A stretch of 63,802 bases of DNA, the filler included, from Licmophora abbreviata (Eukaryota), in the NCBI GenBank assembly GCA_900291995.1. It is 20 parts of 20 records of this genome, joined end to end, with 100 filler letters (N's around TTAATTAATTAA, not from the genome) between each part and the next. Parts side by side here need not be neighbours in the genome. Positions count along the whole stretch, not along the records: positions 19,758 to 25,214 come from OLMU01004558.1; positions 25,315 to 28,360 come from OLMU01004559.1; positions 28,461 to 29,895 come from OLMU01004561.1; positions 29,996 to 34,239 come from OLMU01004562.1; 16 more parts are not named here. One strand, 5' to 3'. Position 1 is the stretch's first letter. The number at the start of each line of letters is the position of its first letter. Shown piece by piece: positions 22,158 to 33,387 of the stretch. Made by a program: the position numbers and the translations under genes. The notes beneath the pieces were generated by a model. The model made no database searches and was not told where the DNA came from. It saw only the letters and a list, made by a program, of their open reading frames with translations.

Positions 22158-23527
22158 ATGGTATCTGCAGCAGAACAAATGGCCGCCAACACCAGTTGGT
22201 CCGCTTTCGGCAAGGCCACCGATCTCCGCAAACGGATCGTCTTTACGCTCGGGCTTCTGATTGTCTATCGCCTTGGGACGTATATTCCCGTTCCGGGCAT
22301 CGACGGCGCCGAGTTGCGGAACTTCATGGAGGGCGCTGCCGCTAGCATCGGCGGCATGCTGTCGATGTTCACCGGCGGTGCGCTTGGCCGCATGGGCATC
22401 TTTGCCCTCGGGATCATGCCCTATATTTCCGCCTCGATCATCGTGCAGCTTCTGGCGGCCATGGTGCCGGCTCTCGAGCAGCTCAAGAAAGAAGGCGAAC
22501 AGGGCCGCAAGAAAATCAACCAGTACACGCGCTATGGCACGGTGTTCCTGGCGACGCTGCAATCCTATGGGCTTGCCGTCAGTCTGCAATCGGGCGGTCT
22601 CGTCACCGATCCGGGTCTTTTCTTCATCGCAAGCTGCATGATCACGCTGTCGGGGGGACGATGTTCCTCATGTGGCTGGGCGAGCAGATCACCGCACGCG
22701 GTGTGGGCAACGGGATCTCGCTCATCATCTTCGTGGGCATCATCGCCGAAGTGCCGGCAGCCTTGGCGCAGTTCTTCAGCCAAGGCCGGTCGGGCGCCAT
22801 CAGCCCGGCGGTCATCATCGGTGTGATCATCATGGTCATCGCCGTGATCGCCTTCGTGGTGTTCATGGAGCGCAGCCTGCGCAAGATCCACATCCAATAT
22901 CCGCGCCGACAGGTCGGCATGAAGGTCTATGACGGCGGCTCCAGCCATTTGCCCGTCAAGGTGAACCCTGCGGGTGTGATTCCCGCGATCTTCGCCTCGT
23001 CGCTGTTGCTACTGCCTGCAACGATCAGCACCTTCTCGGGCAATGAGACCAGTCCGATCATGTCGACCATCATGGCCTATTTCGGCCCCGGTCAGCCGGC
23101 ATATTTGCTGTTCTTCACGGTGATGATCGTATTCTTCACCTATTTCTACACGTACAACGTGTCGTTCAAACCCGATGATGTCGCCGATAACCTGAAGAAC
23201 CAGAACGGGTTCGTTCCGGGTGTGCGTCCCGGCAAGAAGACGGCCGAGTATCTCGAATACGTGGTGTCGCGCATTCTGGTGCTTGGGTCGGGCTATCTTG
23301 CGGCGGTTTGTCTTCTGCCCGAGATTCTGCGCGGGCAGTTCGCCATTCCCTTCTACTTTGGCGGCACTTCGGTTCTCATTGTGGTGTCCGTCACCATGGA
23401 TACGATCCAGCAGGTACAAAGCCATCTGCTCGCGCATCAGTATGAGGGCCTGATCGAAAAATCTCAGCTGGGTGGCAAGGGCAAAGGCAAAAAGCGCGCC
23501 CGCAGGAAAGGGACGACACGTAAATGA
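22158..23527 (+). CDS. secY: Preprotein translocase SecY with a 1-nt frameshift at about 22650 (likely sequence error)
   Basis: [15 protein letters not shown] in one frame and [11 protein letters not shown]...[16 protein letters not shown] in the next; adding one G gives LVGGTM and 456 aa. Confidence 0.96.
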
Positions 23528-24168
23528 ACATCATTCTTCTCGGACCGCCGGGCGCAGGCAAGGGCACCCAGGCATATCATCTCGTCGAAGAGCGCGACAT
23601 GATCCAGCTCTCAACCGGCGACATGCTGCGCGAGGCCAAGGACAGCGGCACGGAGATGGGACGCAAGGTGGCCGACGTCATGGCCCGTGGCGATCTCGTG
23701 ACCGATGAGATCGTGATCGGCCTGATCCGCGAGAAACTGCAGGGCGACAAGAAAGGTGGCTTCATCTTCGACGGCTTCCCCCGCACGCTGGCGCAGGCCG
23801 ATGCTCTGGCCGGGCTTCTGAAGGAGCAGGGCGAGACATTGGATGCCGTGATTGAGATGCAGGTGGATGACACCGCACTCGTGCAGCGCATCACCGCCCG
23901 CTCGACATGCGCGGGCTGCGGCGAAGTCTATAACGACATCACCAAGCCGATCCCGGCGGATGGCACATGCCCCAAATGCGGCGGCACGGAATTCAAGCGC
24001 CGCGCCGATGACAACGAGGACAGCCTCAAGCAGCGCTTGATGGAATACTACAAGAAAACCTCGCCGCTGATCGGCTATTACTATGCCACTGGTCAGCTCG
24101 AATCCGTCAACGGATTGGGCGAGATCGACGAGGTGAAGGCCTCTATCGCCGCTGTGCTCGACAAATGA
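23524..24168 (+). CDS. adk: Adenylate kinase with Cys4 LID
   Basis: [28 protein letters not shown]. Confidence 0.98.
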   Translation: MNIILLGPPGAGKGTQAYHLVEERDMIQLSTGDMLREAKDSGTEMGRKVADVMARGDLVTDEIVIGLIREKLQGDKKGGFIFDGFPRTLAQADALAGLLKEQGETLDAVIEMQVDDTALVQRITARSTCAGCGEVYNDITKPIPADGTCPKCGGTEFKRRADDNEDSLKQRLMEYYKKTSPLIGYYYATGQLESVNGLGEIDEVKASIAAVLDK

Positions 24169-24361
24169 ATGGCGGGGGGTTGACGCTCCCGGCATTTACT
24201 CCTAACCAGCAACATCCCGCGCGGATTTGATTCTGGCGCGGTAATGATCCTTAAAGGATCGATCACCTGAAATCAGCTGCGGCCCGGCTGGCAACATGCC
24301 CGGGCTGACGTTGTGAAAAAAGGTTCTGGAGCTACGGAACCGCAACGAAAGGACATGACAC

Positions 24362-24601
24362 GTGGCACGTATCGCCGGCGTAAACATCCCGACCAGTAAA
24401 CGGGTCCCGATCGCCCTCACCTACATCACCGGAATTGGCCATGCATCGGCCAAGGCCATCTGTGAAGCCGTTGGTATCGACAAGTCGCGCCGAGTCAACG
24501 AACTGTCCGACGCCGAGCTTCTGGCCGTGCGCGAACAGATCGACGAAAATTTCACCGTCGAAGGCGACCTGCGTCGTGAAGTCCAGATGAACATCAAGCG
24601 T

Positions 24602-24633
<32 letters not shown>

Positions 24634-24730
24634 TCACCGCCGCAACCTGCCGGTTCGCGGTCAGCGGACGCACACCAATGCCCGCACCCGCAAGGGCCCG
24701 GCAAAAGCTATTGCCGGCAAGAAGAAGTAA
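24362..24730 (+). CDS. rpsM: 30S ribosomal protein S13
   Basis: [30 protein letters not shown]. Confidence 0.98.
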
Positions 24731-24745
24731 GGGAGGGCAGAACCA

Positions 24746-25135
24746 ATGGCACGTGATACTCGTCGTACCAAGAAAAAGGTTTCCAAGAACATCGCCACCG
24801 GCGTTGCTCATGTGAACTCTTCTTTCAACAACACCAAGATCCTCATCTCGGACGTGCAGGGCAATGCGATTGCATGGTCCTCGGCCGGCACCATGGGCTT
24901 CAAGGGCTCGCGCAAGTCGACGCCCTATGCCGCTCAGATGGCCGCTGAAGATGCGGGCCGCAAGGCGCAGGAACATGGCATGAAGACCCTTGAGGTCGAG
25001 GTTCAGGGCCCCGGCTCGGGCCGCGAGTCCGCGCTTCGTGCACTGGCCGCCGTCGGTTTCAACATCACCTCGATCCGTGATGTGACCCCGATCGCCCATA
25101 ACGGCTGCCGCCCTCCCAAGCGCCGCCGCGTCTAA
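24746..25135 (+). CDS. rpsK: 30S ribosomal protein S11
   Basis: [28 protein letters not shown]. Confidence 0.98.
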   Translation: MARDTRRTKKKVSKNIATGVAHVNSSFNNTKILISDVQGNAIAWSSAGTMGFKGSRKSTPYAAQMAAEDAGRKAQEHGMKTLEVEVQGPGSGRESALRALAAVGFNITSIRDVTPIAHNGCRPPKRRRV

Positions 25136-25361
25136 GTCGATTTTCTAGGTGGGGCCGCGTGCGATGCACGGCCCCATTCCGTTATTTTGAACCTCGGGCG
25201 TCCCGGCCTTTTGGNNNNNNNNNNNNNNNNNNNNNNNNNNNNNNNNNNNNNNNNNNNNTTAATTAATTAANNNNNNNNNNNNNNNNNNNNNNNNNNNNNN
25301 NNNNNNNNNNNNNNGTCCCGGCCCTTTGGACATGAAGCAGGGACAGGAATGGAGGGAACGC

Positions 25362-26378
25362 ATGATCCATAAGAACTGGGCAGAGCTGATCAAGCCGACA
25401 CAACTTGACGTGAAGCCGGGCAATGACCCGATGCGCCAAGCCACCGTAATCGCTGAACCGCTGGAACGTGGGTTCGGTCTGACACTGGGCAACGCGCTGC
25501 GCCGCGTGCTGTTGTCGTCGCTGCAAGGCGCTGCGATCACCAGCGTGCAGATCGACAACGTCCTGCATGAATTCAGCTCGGTCGCCGGTGTGCGTGAAGA
25601 CGTCACCGATATCGTTCTGAACCTCAAGGGCGTGTCCTTGCGCATGGAAGTCGAAGGCCCCAAGCGCCTGTCGATTTCGGCCAAAGGGCCTGCAATCGTC
25701 ACGGCCGGTGATATCACCGACAGCGCGGGGATCGAGGTCCTGAACAAGGATCACGTGATCTGTCACCTCGACGATGGTGCGGATCTGTTCATGGAACTGA
25801 CCGTCAACACCGGAAAAGGCTATGTCGCTGCCGACAAGAACAAGCCGGAAGACGCACCCATCGGCCTGATCCCGATCGACGCGATCTATTCGCCGGTCAA
25901 GAAAGTCAGCTATGACGTCCAGCCCACCCGCGAAGGTCAGGTGCTTGACTATGACAAACTGACCCTGAAGCTGGAAACCGATGGCTCGATCACGCCTGAC
26001 GATGCTGTGGCTTATGCCGCGCGTATCCTTCAGGATCAGCTGTCGATCTTCGTCAACTTCGAAGAACCCGAAGCGGCGGGCCGCGAGTCCGAGGATGAGG
26101 GGCTGGAATTCAACCCGCTCCTGCTCAAGAAAGTGGACGAGCTGGAATTGTCGGTGCGTTCGGCGAACTGCCTGAAGAACGACAACATCGTCTATATCGG
26201 CGATCTGATCCAGAAGACCGAAGCCGAAATGCTCCGTACGCCCAACTTTGGCCGCAAGTCCTTGAACGAAATCAAGGAAGTGCTGTCGGGCATGGGCCTG
26301 CATCTCGGCATGGATGTCGAGGATTGGCCGCCGGACAATATCGAAGACCTGGCCAAGAAGTTCGAAGACCAGTTCTGA
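25362..26378 (+). CDS. rpoA: RNA polymerase alpha subunit
   Basis: [36 protein letters not shown]. Confidence 0.98.
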   Translation: MIHKNWAELIKPTQLDVKPGNDPMRQATVIAEPLERGFGLTLGNALRRVLLSSLQGAAITSVQIDNVLHEFSSVAGVREDVTDIVLNLKGVSLRMEVEGPKRLSISAKGPAIVTAGDITDSAGIEVLNKDHVICHLDDGADLFMELTVNTGKGYVAADKNKPEDAPIGLIPIDAIYSPVKKVSYDVQPTREGQVLDYDKLTLKLETDGSITPDDAVAYAARILQDQLSIFVNFEEPEAAGRESEDEGLEFNPLLLKKVDELELSVRSANCLKNDNIVYIGDLIQKTEAEMLRTPNFGRKSLNEIKEVLSGMGLHLGMDVEDWPPDNIEDLAKKFEDQF

Positions 26379-26508
26379 GCACTGTTCGAAATTCCCGGTC
26401 GGGGCGGTCTGCGCCCCGCCGGCAATACCCCGGGCATTCCGCCCCAAGGAGAGCCGGTGACACGCATCGCCGGTCAGACAAAGCAAAACACGATCTGGAG
26501 ATTGAAAC

Positions 26509-26934
26509 ATGCGTCACGCACGAGGCTACCGCCGCCTGAACCGGACCCACGAACACCGCAAGGCTCTGTGGGCCAACATGGCCGGCTCGCTCATCGAACA
26601 TGAGCAAATCAAGACAACCCTGCCCAAGGCGAAGGAACTTCGCCGCATCGTCGAAAAGCTGGTCACTCTTGGCAAGCGCGGCGATCTGCATGCCCGCCGT
26701 CAGGCCGCGGCACAGCTCAAGCAGGACAAGCACGTCGCCAAACTGTTCGAGGTTCTCGGCCCGCGCTACAAAGAGCGTCAGGGCGGGTATGTCCGCGTCC
26801 TCAAGGCCGGTTTCCGTTATGGCGACATGGCGCCTATGGCGATCATCGAATTCGTCGAGCGTGATCTCGATGCCAAGGGTGCGGCGGATCGCGCCCGTCT
26901 CGAAGCCGCCGAGGTTGCTGGCGACGAAGATTGA
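26509..26934 (+). CDS. rplQ: 50S ribosomal protein L17
   Basis: [28 protein letters not shown]. Confidence 0.98.
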   Translation: MRHARGYRRLNRTHEHRKALWANMAGSLIEHEQIKTTLPKAKELRRIVEKLVTLGKRGDLHARRQAAAQLKQDKHVAKLFEVLGPRYKERQGGYVRVLKAGFRYGDMAPMAIIEFVERDLDAKGAADRARLEAAEVAGDED

Positions 26935-26961
26935 TCACCCCGGCATGGTCCGGTGTCTTTT

Positions 26962-26990
26962 GGCCCCTGCCGGATCGGCGGGGGCCTTTT
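26962..26990 (+). terminator. Terminator after rplQ
   Basis: GGCCCCTGCCG/CGGCGGGGGCC stem plus TTTT. Confidence 0.6.
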
Positions 26991-27090
26991 GCGTTCGGGC
27001 TGCCCTGTTTCGGCGATCAGCGGGCAGGGCGGTTGCAATGCGCGTCAGGTCTTCGCATATGGTGGAGGCGGAATTGATCGGAGGGGTGCT

Positions 27091-28360
27091 GTGATCCGCG
27101 CGCTTTTCATGATGCTGTGTGTTCTGTCCACGCCGGTTTTGGCCGACGGCGCCCGCGTGCCCGAAACCCGGGCCGAGATCGGGCTCAGCTTCACCCCCGT
27201 CGTCAAGCGTGCCGCCCCTGCGGTGGTCAATATCTATGCCCGCCTCATCGTGAATGTGCGCTCCAGCCCGTTCAGCGGCGATCCCTTCTTTCAAAACCTG
27301 TTTCGTGATTTCGGCGTGCCGCAACAGCGCGTCCAGAACTCACTGGGGTCCGGCGTGATCCTCAGCGAGGATGGCATCGTCGTTTCGAATTATCATGTTG
27401 TCGGAGAGGCAACGGATATCCGTGTGGTTCTCAATGACCGGCGCGAATATTCCGCGCGTGTGCTCTTGTCGGACGAGGAAAGCGATCTGGCCATTCTGCA
27501 GCTTGAAGATGCGCCGCCGATGCCTGCGCTCGAGCTTCGCGACAGCGATACTGTCGATGTCGGCGAACTGGTTCTGGCCATCGGCAACCCTTTCGGCGTG
27601 GGTCAGACCGTCAGCAGCGGAATCGTGTCGGGGCTGGCGCGGTCGGGCACCGCCACGGGCAATGCGCGCGGCTATTTCATCCAGACCGATGCACCGATCA
27701 ATCCCGGCAATTCCGGCGGCGCGCTGGTCGATATCAATGGCCGGCTCATCGGGGTGAATACCGCGATCCTCAGCCGCTCGGGTGGGTCGAACGGCATCGG
27801 CTTCGCCATCCCATCGGCGCTTGTCGCGCAATTCGTGACGCAGGCCCGTGCCGGGAACAGCAGGTTTCAGCGCCCCTGGGCGGGGCTTGCCGGTCAGCCT
27901 GTGACCGCCGACATGGTCGAGGGTCTGGGGCTTGAGCGTCCCGGCGGGCTGGTCATCTCGCAGGTGCACCCGCAAAGCGCCTTCGCCCGCGCCGGCATCG
28001 AGCCCGGCGTTGTCATCACAGCCGTCGATGGCCTGCCCGTCAATACGCCTGCCGAGATGCTGTTTCGCATGTCGGTCGCGGGTATCGGGGCCGCGTCGAC
28101 CATCACCTATATCCACAATGGTGCCGTGCGCGAGGTGACGCTGGACCTTATCGCGCCACCCGATACACCACCGCGCGCGCAGCTTGTCACAGGTGGCGAC
28201 ACGGCCATTCCCGGCATGACGCTCTCGACGATCAATCCTGTGGTCCTGTCCGAGTACGACCTGCCGCTTGGCGCATCGGGCGTGGTGGTGGACGATCCCG
28301 GCCGCGTCGGGGCGCGGGCCGGTTTGCAGGCGGGTGACGTGCTGCGCGCGATTGACGGGA
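27091..28360 (+). CDS. DegP/HtrA family serine protease with PDZ domains (3' truncated)
   Basis: GSGVI, SNYHVV, AIGNPFG, QTDAPINPGNSGG. Confidence 0.93.
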
Positions 28361-28460
28361 NNNNNNNNNNNNNNNNNNNNNNNNNNNNNNNNNNNNNNNN
28401 NNNNTTAATTAATTAANNNNNNNNNNNNNNNNNNNNNNNNNNNNNNNNNNNNNNNNNNNN

Positions 28461-28939
28461 GGGAGGATCCGCGCTATCTCGCGCGGCGGATCACCCGCAT
28501 GGCGGTCGAGGATATCGGGCTGGCCGATCCGCAGGCGCAGACGGTCTGCCTGCACGCCTGGGAAATCTACGAACGCCTTGGCAGCCCCGAGGGCGAGCTG
28601 GCGCTGGCTCAGGCGGTCACCTATCTGGCCTTGGCGCCGAAATCAAACGCCGGCTACGTCGCCTACAAGGCCGCCATGCGCGCGGCCAAGGCGACAGGAA
28701 GCGCGCCGCCGCCCCGGCACATTCTCAATGCGCCCACCAAGCTGATGAAGGATCAAGGCTATGGTGAGGGCTATGCCTATGACCATGATGCCGAGGATGG
28801 ATTTTCCGGGCAGAACTATTTTCCCGAAGATATGAAGCGCCCCGTCCTCTACAGCCCTGTGGAACGCGGATTCGAGCGCGAATTGAAGAAAAGGCTGGAT
28901 TATTTCGCGCGGCTACGGTCGCGCAGGGACGAAAGCTGA
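28461..28939 (+). CDS. rarA: Replication-associated recombination protein A, C-terminal part
   Basis: EDPRYLARR, EDIGLADP, GSPEGELALAQA, APKSNA, LNAPTKLMK. Confidence 0.92.
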
Positions 28940-29241
28940 CCGGTCCCCGATCAGGGACCTGAGTATCCGCCTCCGGATGTGAATTTGTCGTATTTAGACA
29001 ATGCTTTGCGCGGCAACGCCATTCGATTGGGTTCGCGTGACATCGTATTCTTTCAATATATTGTTGATAAATGAAAAAATCGCTTGCCGCATGGAAAGGG
29101 TGGATGTCCATGCGAATTCGTGTTTTGGTTGGCACATGTCGTTTTTAGGCTATCTGTCTTGGCGAATGACGCAAACACTTGGAAATTGCCCCGCGAGCAT
29201 GTCCTCGGCGGTGGCCTCAAATATAAAATCAGGGAGAGACC

Positions 29242-30964
29242 ATGACAAAAATCAAAGATCAGATGCTGATTGACCGGCTTGCCGACGCCGCCCGCGAGGG
29301 CAAGGTGTCGCGCCGGTCCTTCATGAATTATTCGATGGCGGCGGGCCTGACCGCTTCTGCCGCTACCGGGCTTTGGACGACGCAGGCCAAGGCCGCGCCC
29401 TCACCGGGCGGCACGTTCCGCCTCGGCTCGCATGACGGCAACACCGGTGACACGCATGATCCGGGCACCTACGTCACCTTCTCGATGATCCAGTTGATTC
29501 ACACGTTCCGCAGCTACCTGACCTTGATCGAGTCGGATGGCTCGCTTGGCCCTGACGTGGCGACGGAATGGTCGGCAAGCCCGGACGCCAAGGAATGGAC
29601 CTTCAAGCTGAACGATCGCGCCACCTTCCATAGCGGCGCCAAGGTGACGGCGAACGATGTGGTCGCGTCTCTCAACCACCATCGCGGAGAATCTTCGACA
29701 TCGGCGGCCAAGGCGCTGTTGTCGGGTGTGGTCGATATCGTCGACAATGGCGATCACTCGATCACAGTGACGCTGGAGTCGGGCAATGCCGATCTGCCGT
29801 GGCTGATGACCGACTACCATTTCGCCATCTGCCCCGCCAATGAGGACGGCAGCCTGAACTGGCAGTCGGGCGATGGCTCCGGTCCTTACCGTCTGNNNNN
29901 NNNNNNNNNNNNNNNNNNNNNNNNNNNNNNNNNNNNNNNTTAATTAATTAANNNNNNNNNNNNNNNNNNNNNNNNNNNNNNNNNNNNNNNNNNNNCCTTA
30001 CCGTCTGGTCGAAACCGAATTCGGCGTACAGCACAGCCTTGTCCGCCATGACGACTGGCATCTCGAAGGGGCGTATTTCGACGAGGTGGTGATCACTGTC
30101 CTCAACGATCCGAACGCGCGCCAGACGGCCCTTGTGACCGGCGATGTGGATGCGATCACGCAGCTCGAGCTCAAGACACTGTCGCTTCTGCAGCGCGATC
30201 CCAATATCGAGATCGACAACGTCCCCTCGGCCGCTGCGATCACCATGCCGATGATGTGCGACATGGCACCTTTCGACAATGTGGACGTGCGCAATGCGAT
30301 GAAGCTGGCGATGAACCGTCAGGAGATCATCGAAAAGATCACCTTCAACACGGCAACTATGGGCAATGATTTCCACCATTCGCCCGCCATGCCCTACTGG
30401 CCCGACGATATTCCGCAGCGCGAGTATGATCCTGAACAGGCCAAGGCCTTGCTGGCCAAAGTTGGTGCCGAAGGCCTGTCGGTCGAGATCAAGGTGGCGG
30501 ATTCGGTGTTCTCGGGCGCCGTGGACATGTGCATCCTCTACGCCGAACAGGCCAAGGCCGCGGGCATCAACATCAACGTCAACCGCGTGCCGAGCGATGG
30601 CTACTACTCGGATGTCTGGCTCAAGGATCCCTGGTGCGTGGTGCAGTGGGGCGCACGTCCGACGCCGGACGTCATGTACAGCCTTGCCTACAAGGATGAC
30701 GCAGCCTGGAACGAAAGCCGCTGGCAGAACGAGCGGTTCAACGAACTGCTGCTGCAGGCCAAGTCGGAACTGGACAATGACAAGCGTGCCGAGATGTATC
30801 GCGAAATGGCCATGCTGGCCCGTGACGATGGCGGCACATTGATCCCGTTCTTCCCGAACTTCGTCTATGCCCGCCGCAAGAACGTTCAGCACGGTCCTGA
30901 ACTCGCGGCAAGCTGGCAGATGGACGGCGCCCGCGCCACCAGCCGTTGGTGGTTCGAAGGCTGA
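29242..30964 (+). CDS. Family-5 (Dpp/Opp-type) ABC substrate-binding protein with Tat signal; 536 aa after merging a 12-nt contig overlap
   Basis: SRRSFM twin-Arg motif, WTFKL, FHSGAKVTANDV, GSGPY, PFDNVDVRNA. Confidence 0.92.
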
Positions 30965-31172
30965 TCGCTACAAGACCGGACCCGGCGTGATGCGCCGGGT
31001 CCCTCGTTGCCTGAACCAGCCTCTCATATTCTGAAAAATGCGTTCAGGCCAAAAGCTGGCTCCGATTTGCCCTTTCGGCATCACGAAAGCACAGCACCAA
31101 TAAAAAAACTGTTCGGCTGGTCGGAAGGACGACATCATGTCCTCGGCACCGGTACAGCAGCAGGAGGGACAG

Positions 31173-32129
31173 ATGGGAGACATTCTGGGGCTTGTAGGAA
31201 AGAGGCTCGGTATCGGGCTGTTCATCCTCTTGGTCATATCCGTCATCATTTTCTTCATGGTCGAGCTGTTGCCGGGCGATATCGCTCAGGCGGTTCTCGG
31301 TCAGGGGGCAACCGAGGAAAACCTTGCGGCATTGCGCAAGGAAATGGGTTTGGACAAGCCCGCCATCATCCGATATCTCGAATGGCTTGGCGGTGCGGTG
31401 ACCCTCGATTTCGGCAATTCCATCGTGACCGACGAGCGTGTGACCACCCTGATCGGGCAGCGCTTCATGAACACGCTGTTCCTTGCGGCCTATGCCGCGG
31501 TGATCGCGGTGCCGCTCGCAATCGTCCTGGGCGTGCTGGTGGCCCTGCTGCGCTACACGGTTTTCGACCGCGTGGCCAACGTGGCGACGCTGACCTCGAT
31601 CTCGTCGCCGGAATTCTTTCTGGGCTACATCCTCATCCTCTATTTCTCGGTCAATTGGGGCATGTTCCCCGCTATCGCAAGCCTCAGCCAGAACATGACC
31701 CTGCCTGAACTTCTGCACCGGACGTTCCTTCCCGCCCTTACGCTGGTGCTGGTCGTGACAGCTCATATGATGCGCATGACGCGGGCGGCGATCATCAACC
31801 TGCTGGCGTCCCCATACATCGAAATGGCGCGCCTCAAGGGCACGCCGCCATGGAAAGTCATCGTCCGGCACGCCTTGCCGAATGCCTGGGCGCCGATCAT
31901 CAATGTGGTGGCGCTCAACCTCGCCTATCTCATCACAGGCGTGGTGCTGGTCGAGGTGGTCTTCGTCTATCCCGGCATCGGACAGGCGCTTGTCGACTCG
32001 GTGTCGAAACGTGACTTCCCTGTCGTGCAGGCCTGCTGCCTGATCTTCGCGGCCACCTTCATCCTGCTCAATCTTGCGGCGGATGTCGGGGCCATTCTGA
32101 CAAACCCGCGTCTGCGGCATCCGAAGTAA
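31173..32129 (+). CDS. ABC transporter permease (DppB-like)
   Basis: LLPGDIA, GLDKP, YIEMARLKG, RHALPNA, RDFPVVQ. Confidence 0.92.
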   Translation: MGDILGLVGKRLGIGLFILLVISVIIFFMVELLPGDIAQAVLGQGATEENLAALRKEMGLDKPAIIRYLEWLGGAVTLDFGNSIVTDERVTTLIGQRFMNTLFLAAYAAVIAVPLAIVLGVLVALLRYTVFDRVANVATLTSISSPEFFLGYILILYFSVNWGMFPAIASLSQNMTLPELLHRTFLPALTLVLVVTAHMMRMTRAAIINLLASPYIEMARLKGTPPWKVIVRHALPNAWAPIINVVALNLAYLITGVVLVEVVFVYPGIGQALVDSVSKRDFPVVQACCLIFAATFILLNLAADVGAILTNPRLRHPK

Positions 32130-32143
32130 GGGAGGGTATCACG

Positions 32144-33382
32144 ATGAGCATCTTCGTTATCGGCTACTACACCCTGCTTCTCGCAGCGTCCTGTCTGGCC
32201 GCCTATTTCAACAAACGCACTTGGTTTCTGCTGGTCTTCTCGCTCACCCTCGTGTCCTTCATCCTCGGGATCGTGGGCGGTCCCTCGATGCTTCGCGGCG
32301 TGGCGATCGCGGCCGGGATGCTGGCGCTCTCGGCCATGGTGGCCTATGCGTTCCGCGAATTCCTGATCGCCATCGCGTCCAACGACATGGCCAAGGAGCT
32401 GCGCACCGCGCCGCTCACCGCGGCATTCGGCATGTTCGTGATCTTCACCTATGCGATTGCCGGCATCTTCGCGCCCTGGATCGCGCCTTTCGGCGAGGCC
32501 GAGGTGATCTCGACCGCCTTTGCCGTGCCGGATGGCGACATGCTTCTGGGCGCCGATCAGCTGGGCCGCGACATGTTCAGCCGGATCATCTATGGCGCGC
32601 GCAACACCGTGGCCCTCGCTCTCGCGGGGACCGTGATGGCCTTTGTTCTGGGCGCGCTTGCCGGGCTTCTGGCCGCCACGACCGGGGGCTGGTTCGATCA
32701 GGTTCTGGGGCGGACATCGGATGTCATCATGTCGATCCCGTCGCTGATCTTCGCGCTTCTGATGCTGTCGATCTTCGGGGGTGCGTTGGCCAACTCGACC
32801 ACCAGCTTCTGGCTGATGTTCGGCTTTGCCATGGTCACCGGCTTGCTGGTGGTGGTCGCGAAGGCGGAAAACAACGTGCTCAGCTGGCTTGCCGGTCTGG
32901 CGATCCTCGTGGGGGTCTCCGCCGGGTTCAGCCTTGGCATGCTGACCATCTTCAACCCGTCCGAGGTGATCCTGATCCTCGTCGTGGGCGTGATCTATTC
33001 GCCGCGCGTCTTCCGTCTGACGCGTGCGGTGGCGGGCAACGTCGTGGTCATGGACTATATCGAAGCGGCCAAGCTGCGCGGCGAGGGCAAATGGTACCTG
33101 ATCCGCCGCGAGATCCTGCCCAATTCCACAGCACCTCTGATCGCGGAATTCGGGCTGGAATTCTGCTTCGTGTTCCTGCTCGTCGCGGGCCTGTCATTCC
33201 TCGGGCTCGGTATCCAGCCGCCCACCGCGGATTGGGGCTCGATGGTGCGCGAAAACGCGACGCTCATTTCCTTCGGTGACATCACCCCGCTCATTCCGGC
33301 GGCGGCCATCGCGCTCTTGACCGTTGCGGTCAACTTCGTGGTCGACTGGATGCTGCACCGTTCCTCCGGACTGAAGGATTAA
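32144..33382 (+). CDS. ABC transporter permease (DppC-like) with extra TM segments
   Basis: LGADQLGRDMFSRIIYGAR, YIEAAKLRG, LSFLGLGIQPPTADWG. Confidence 0.9.
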   Translation: MSIFVIGYYTLLLAASCLAAYFNKRTWFLLVFSLTLVSFILGIVGGPSMLRGVAIAAGMLALSAMVAYAFREFLIAIASNDMAKELRTAPLTAAFGMFVIFTYAIAGIFAPWIAPFGEAEVISTAFAVPDGDMLLGADQLGRDMFSRIIYGARNTVALALAGTVMAFVLGALAGLLAATTGGWFDQVLGRTSDVIMSIPSLIFALLMLSIFGGALANSTTSFWLMFGFAMVTGLLVVVAKAENNVLSWLAGLAILVGVSAGFSLGMLTIFNPSEVILILVVGVIYSPRVFRLTRAVAGNVVVMDYIEAAKLRGEGKWYLIRREILPNSTAPLIAEFGLEFCFVFLLVAGLSFLGLGIQPPTADWGSMVRENATLISFGDITPLIPAAAIALLTVAVNFVVDWMLHRSSGLKD

Positions 33383-33387
33383 TCCCC

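Noticed and set aside
24730..25362. Absence of rpsD (and rpmJ) from the alpha/spc cluster
   Set aside because: Normal for alphaproteobacteria, where these genes lie elsewhere
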